DNA of 63,848 bases, counting the filler, from Piptocephalis cylindrospora (lineage: Eukaryota), in NCBI GenBank assembly GCA_003614145.1. It is 24 parts of 24 records of this genome, joined end to end, with 100 filler letters (N's around TTAATTAATTAA, not from the genome) between each part and the next. Parts side by side here need not be neighbours in the genome. Positions count along the whole stretch, not along the records: positions 61,316 to 63,848 come from KZ988931.1; 23 more parts are not named here. The stretch is one strand, 5' to 3'. The notes below the pieces were generated by a model. That model was not told where the DNA came from. It was given only the letters and a program-made list of their open reading frames with translations, and ran no database searches. The position numbers were made by a program, and so were the translations under genes. Below, piece after piece: positions 63,792 through 63,848 of this stretch (positions are counted from its first letter, which is position 1; each line of letters opens with the position of its first letter).

Positions 63792-63848
63792 CCTTCCTTT
63801 CCTTTCCTTTCCTTTCCTTTCCTTTCCTTTCCTTTCCTTTCCTTTCCT
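63792..63848 (+). repeat. (CCTTT)n pentanucleotide microsatellite
   Basis: About 11 tandem CCTTT units at the contig end. Confidence 0.95.

Overview
This window is not a contiguous locus. It is 24 unlinked contigs of about 2.5-2.6 kb, joined by an artificial 100-nt spacer (44N-TTAATTAATTAA-44N), so gene neighbourhood across spacers means nothing. The DNA is fungal, with short GT-AG introns and CT-rich 5' leaders. Its gene content (MTRR, Hv1, cold-shock-domain protein, SOSS-B-like OB fold, Merlin element) points to an early-diverging, non-Dikarya fungus; Zoopagomycota is my guess. Inverted chimeras and exact 55-bp end overlaps suggest an MDA/single-cell k=55 assembly. Recognisable genes, mostly partial: Syp1 F-BAR, TOK-type K+ channel (scrambled), LaeA-like methyltransferase, Y-box/CSD protein, TM9SF/Emp70, SAM synthetase, Rpp21, midasin, Ilv1, methionine synthase reductase, Med10, BCAS3-like, Sgd1/NOM1, Tom70, pantothenate kinase, Hv1, Ctk1, Bud21-like, a C2H2 acidic protein, Nup85 and Avt3/4. 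A Ty3/Gypsy element has its LTR interrupted by a Merlin transposon. I found no convincing novel multi-gene system. The best leads are an unannotated WG/GW-repeat exon, the B12-linked MTRR, an Hv1 with an unusual S4 Asp, a degenerate methyltransferase and the nested transposons.
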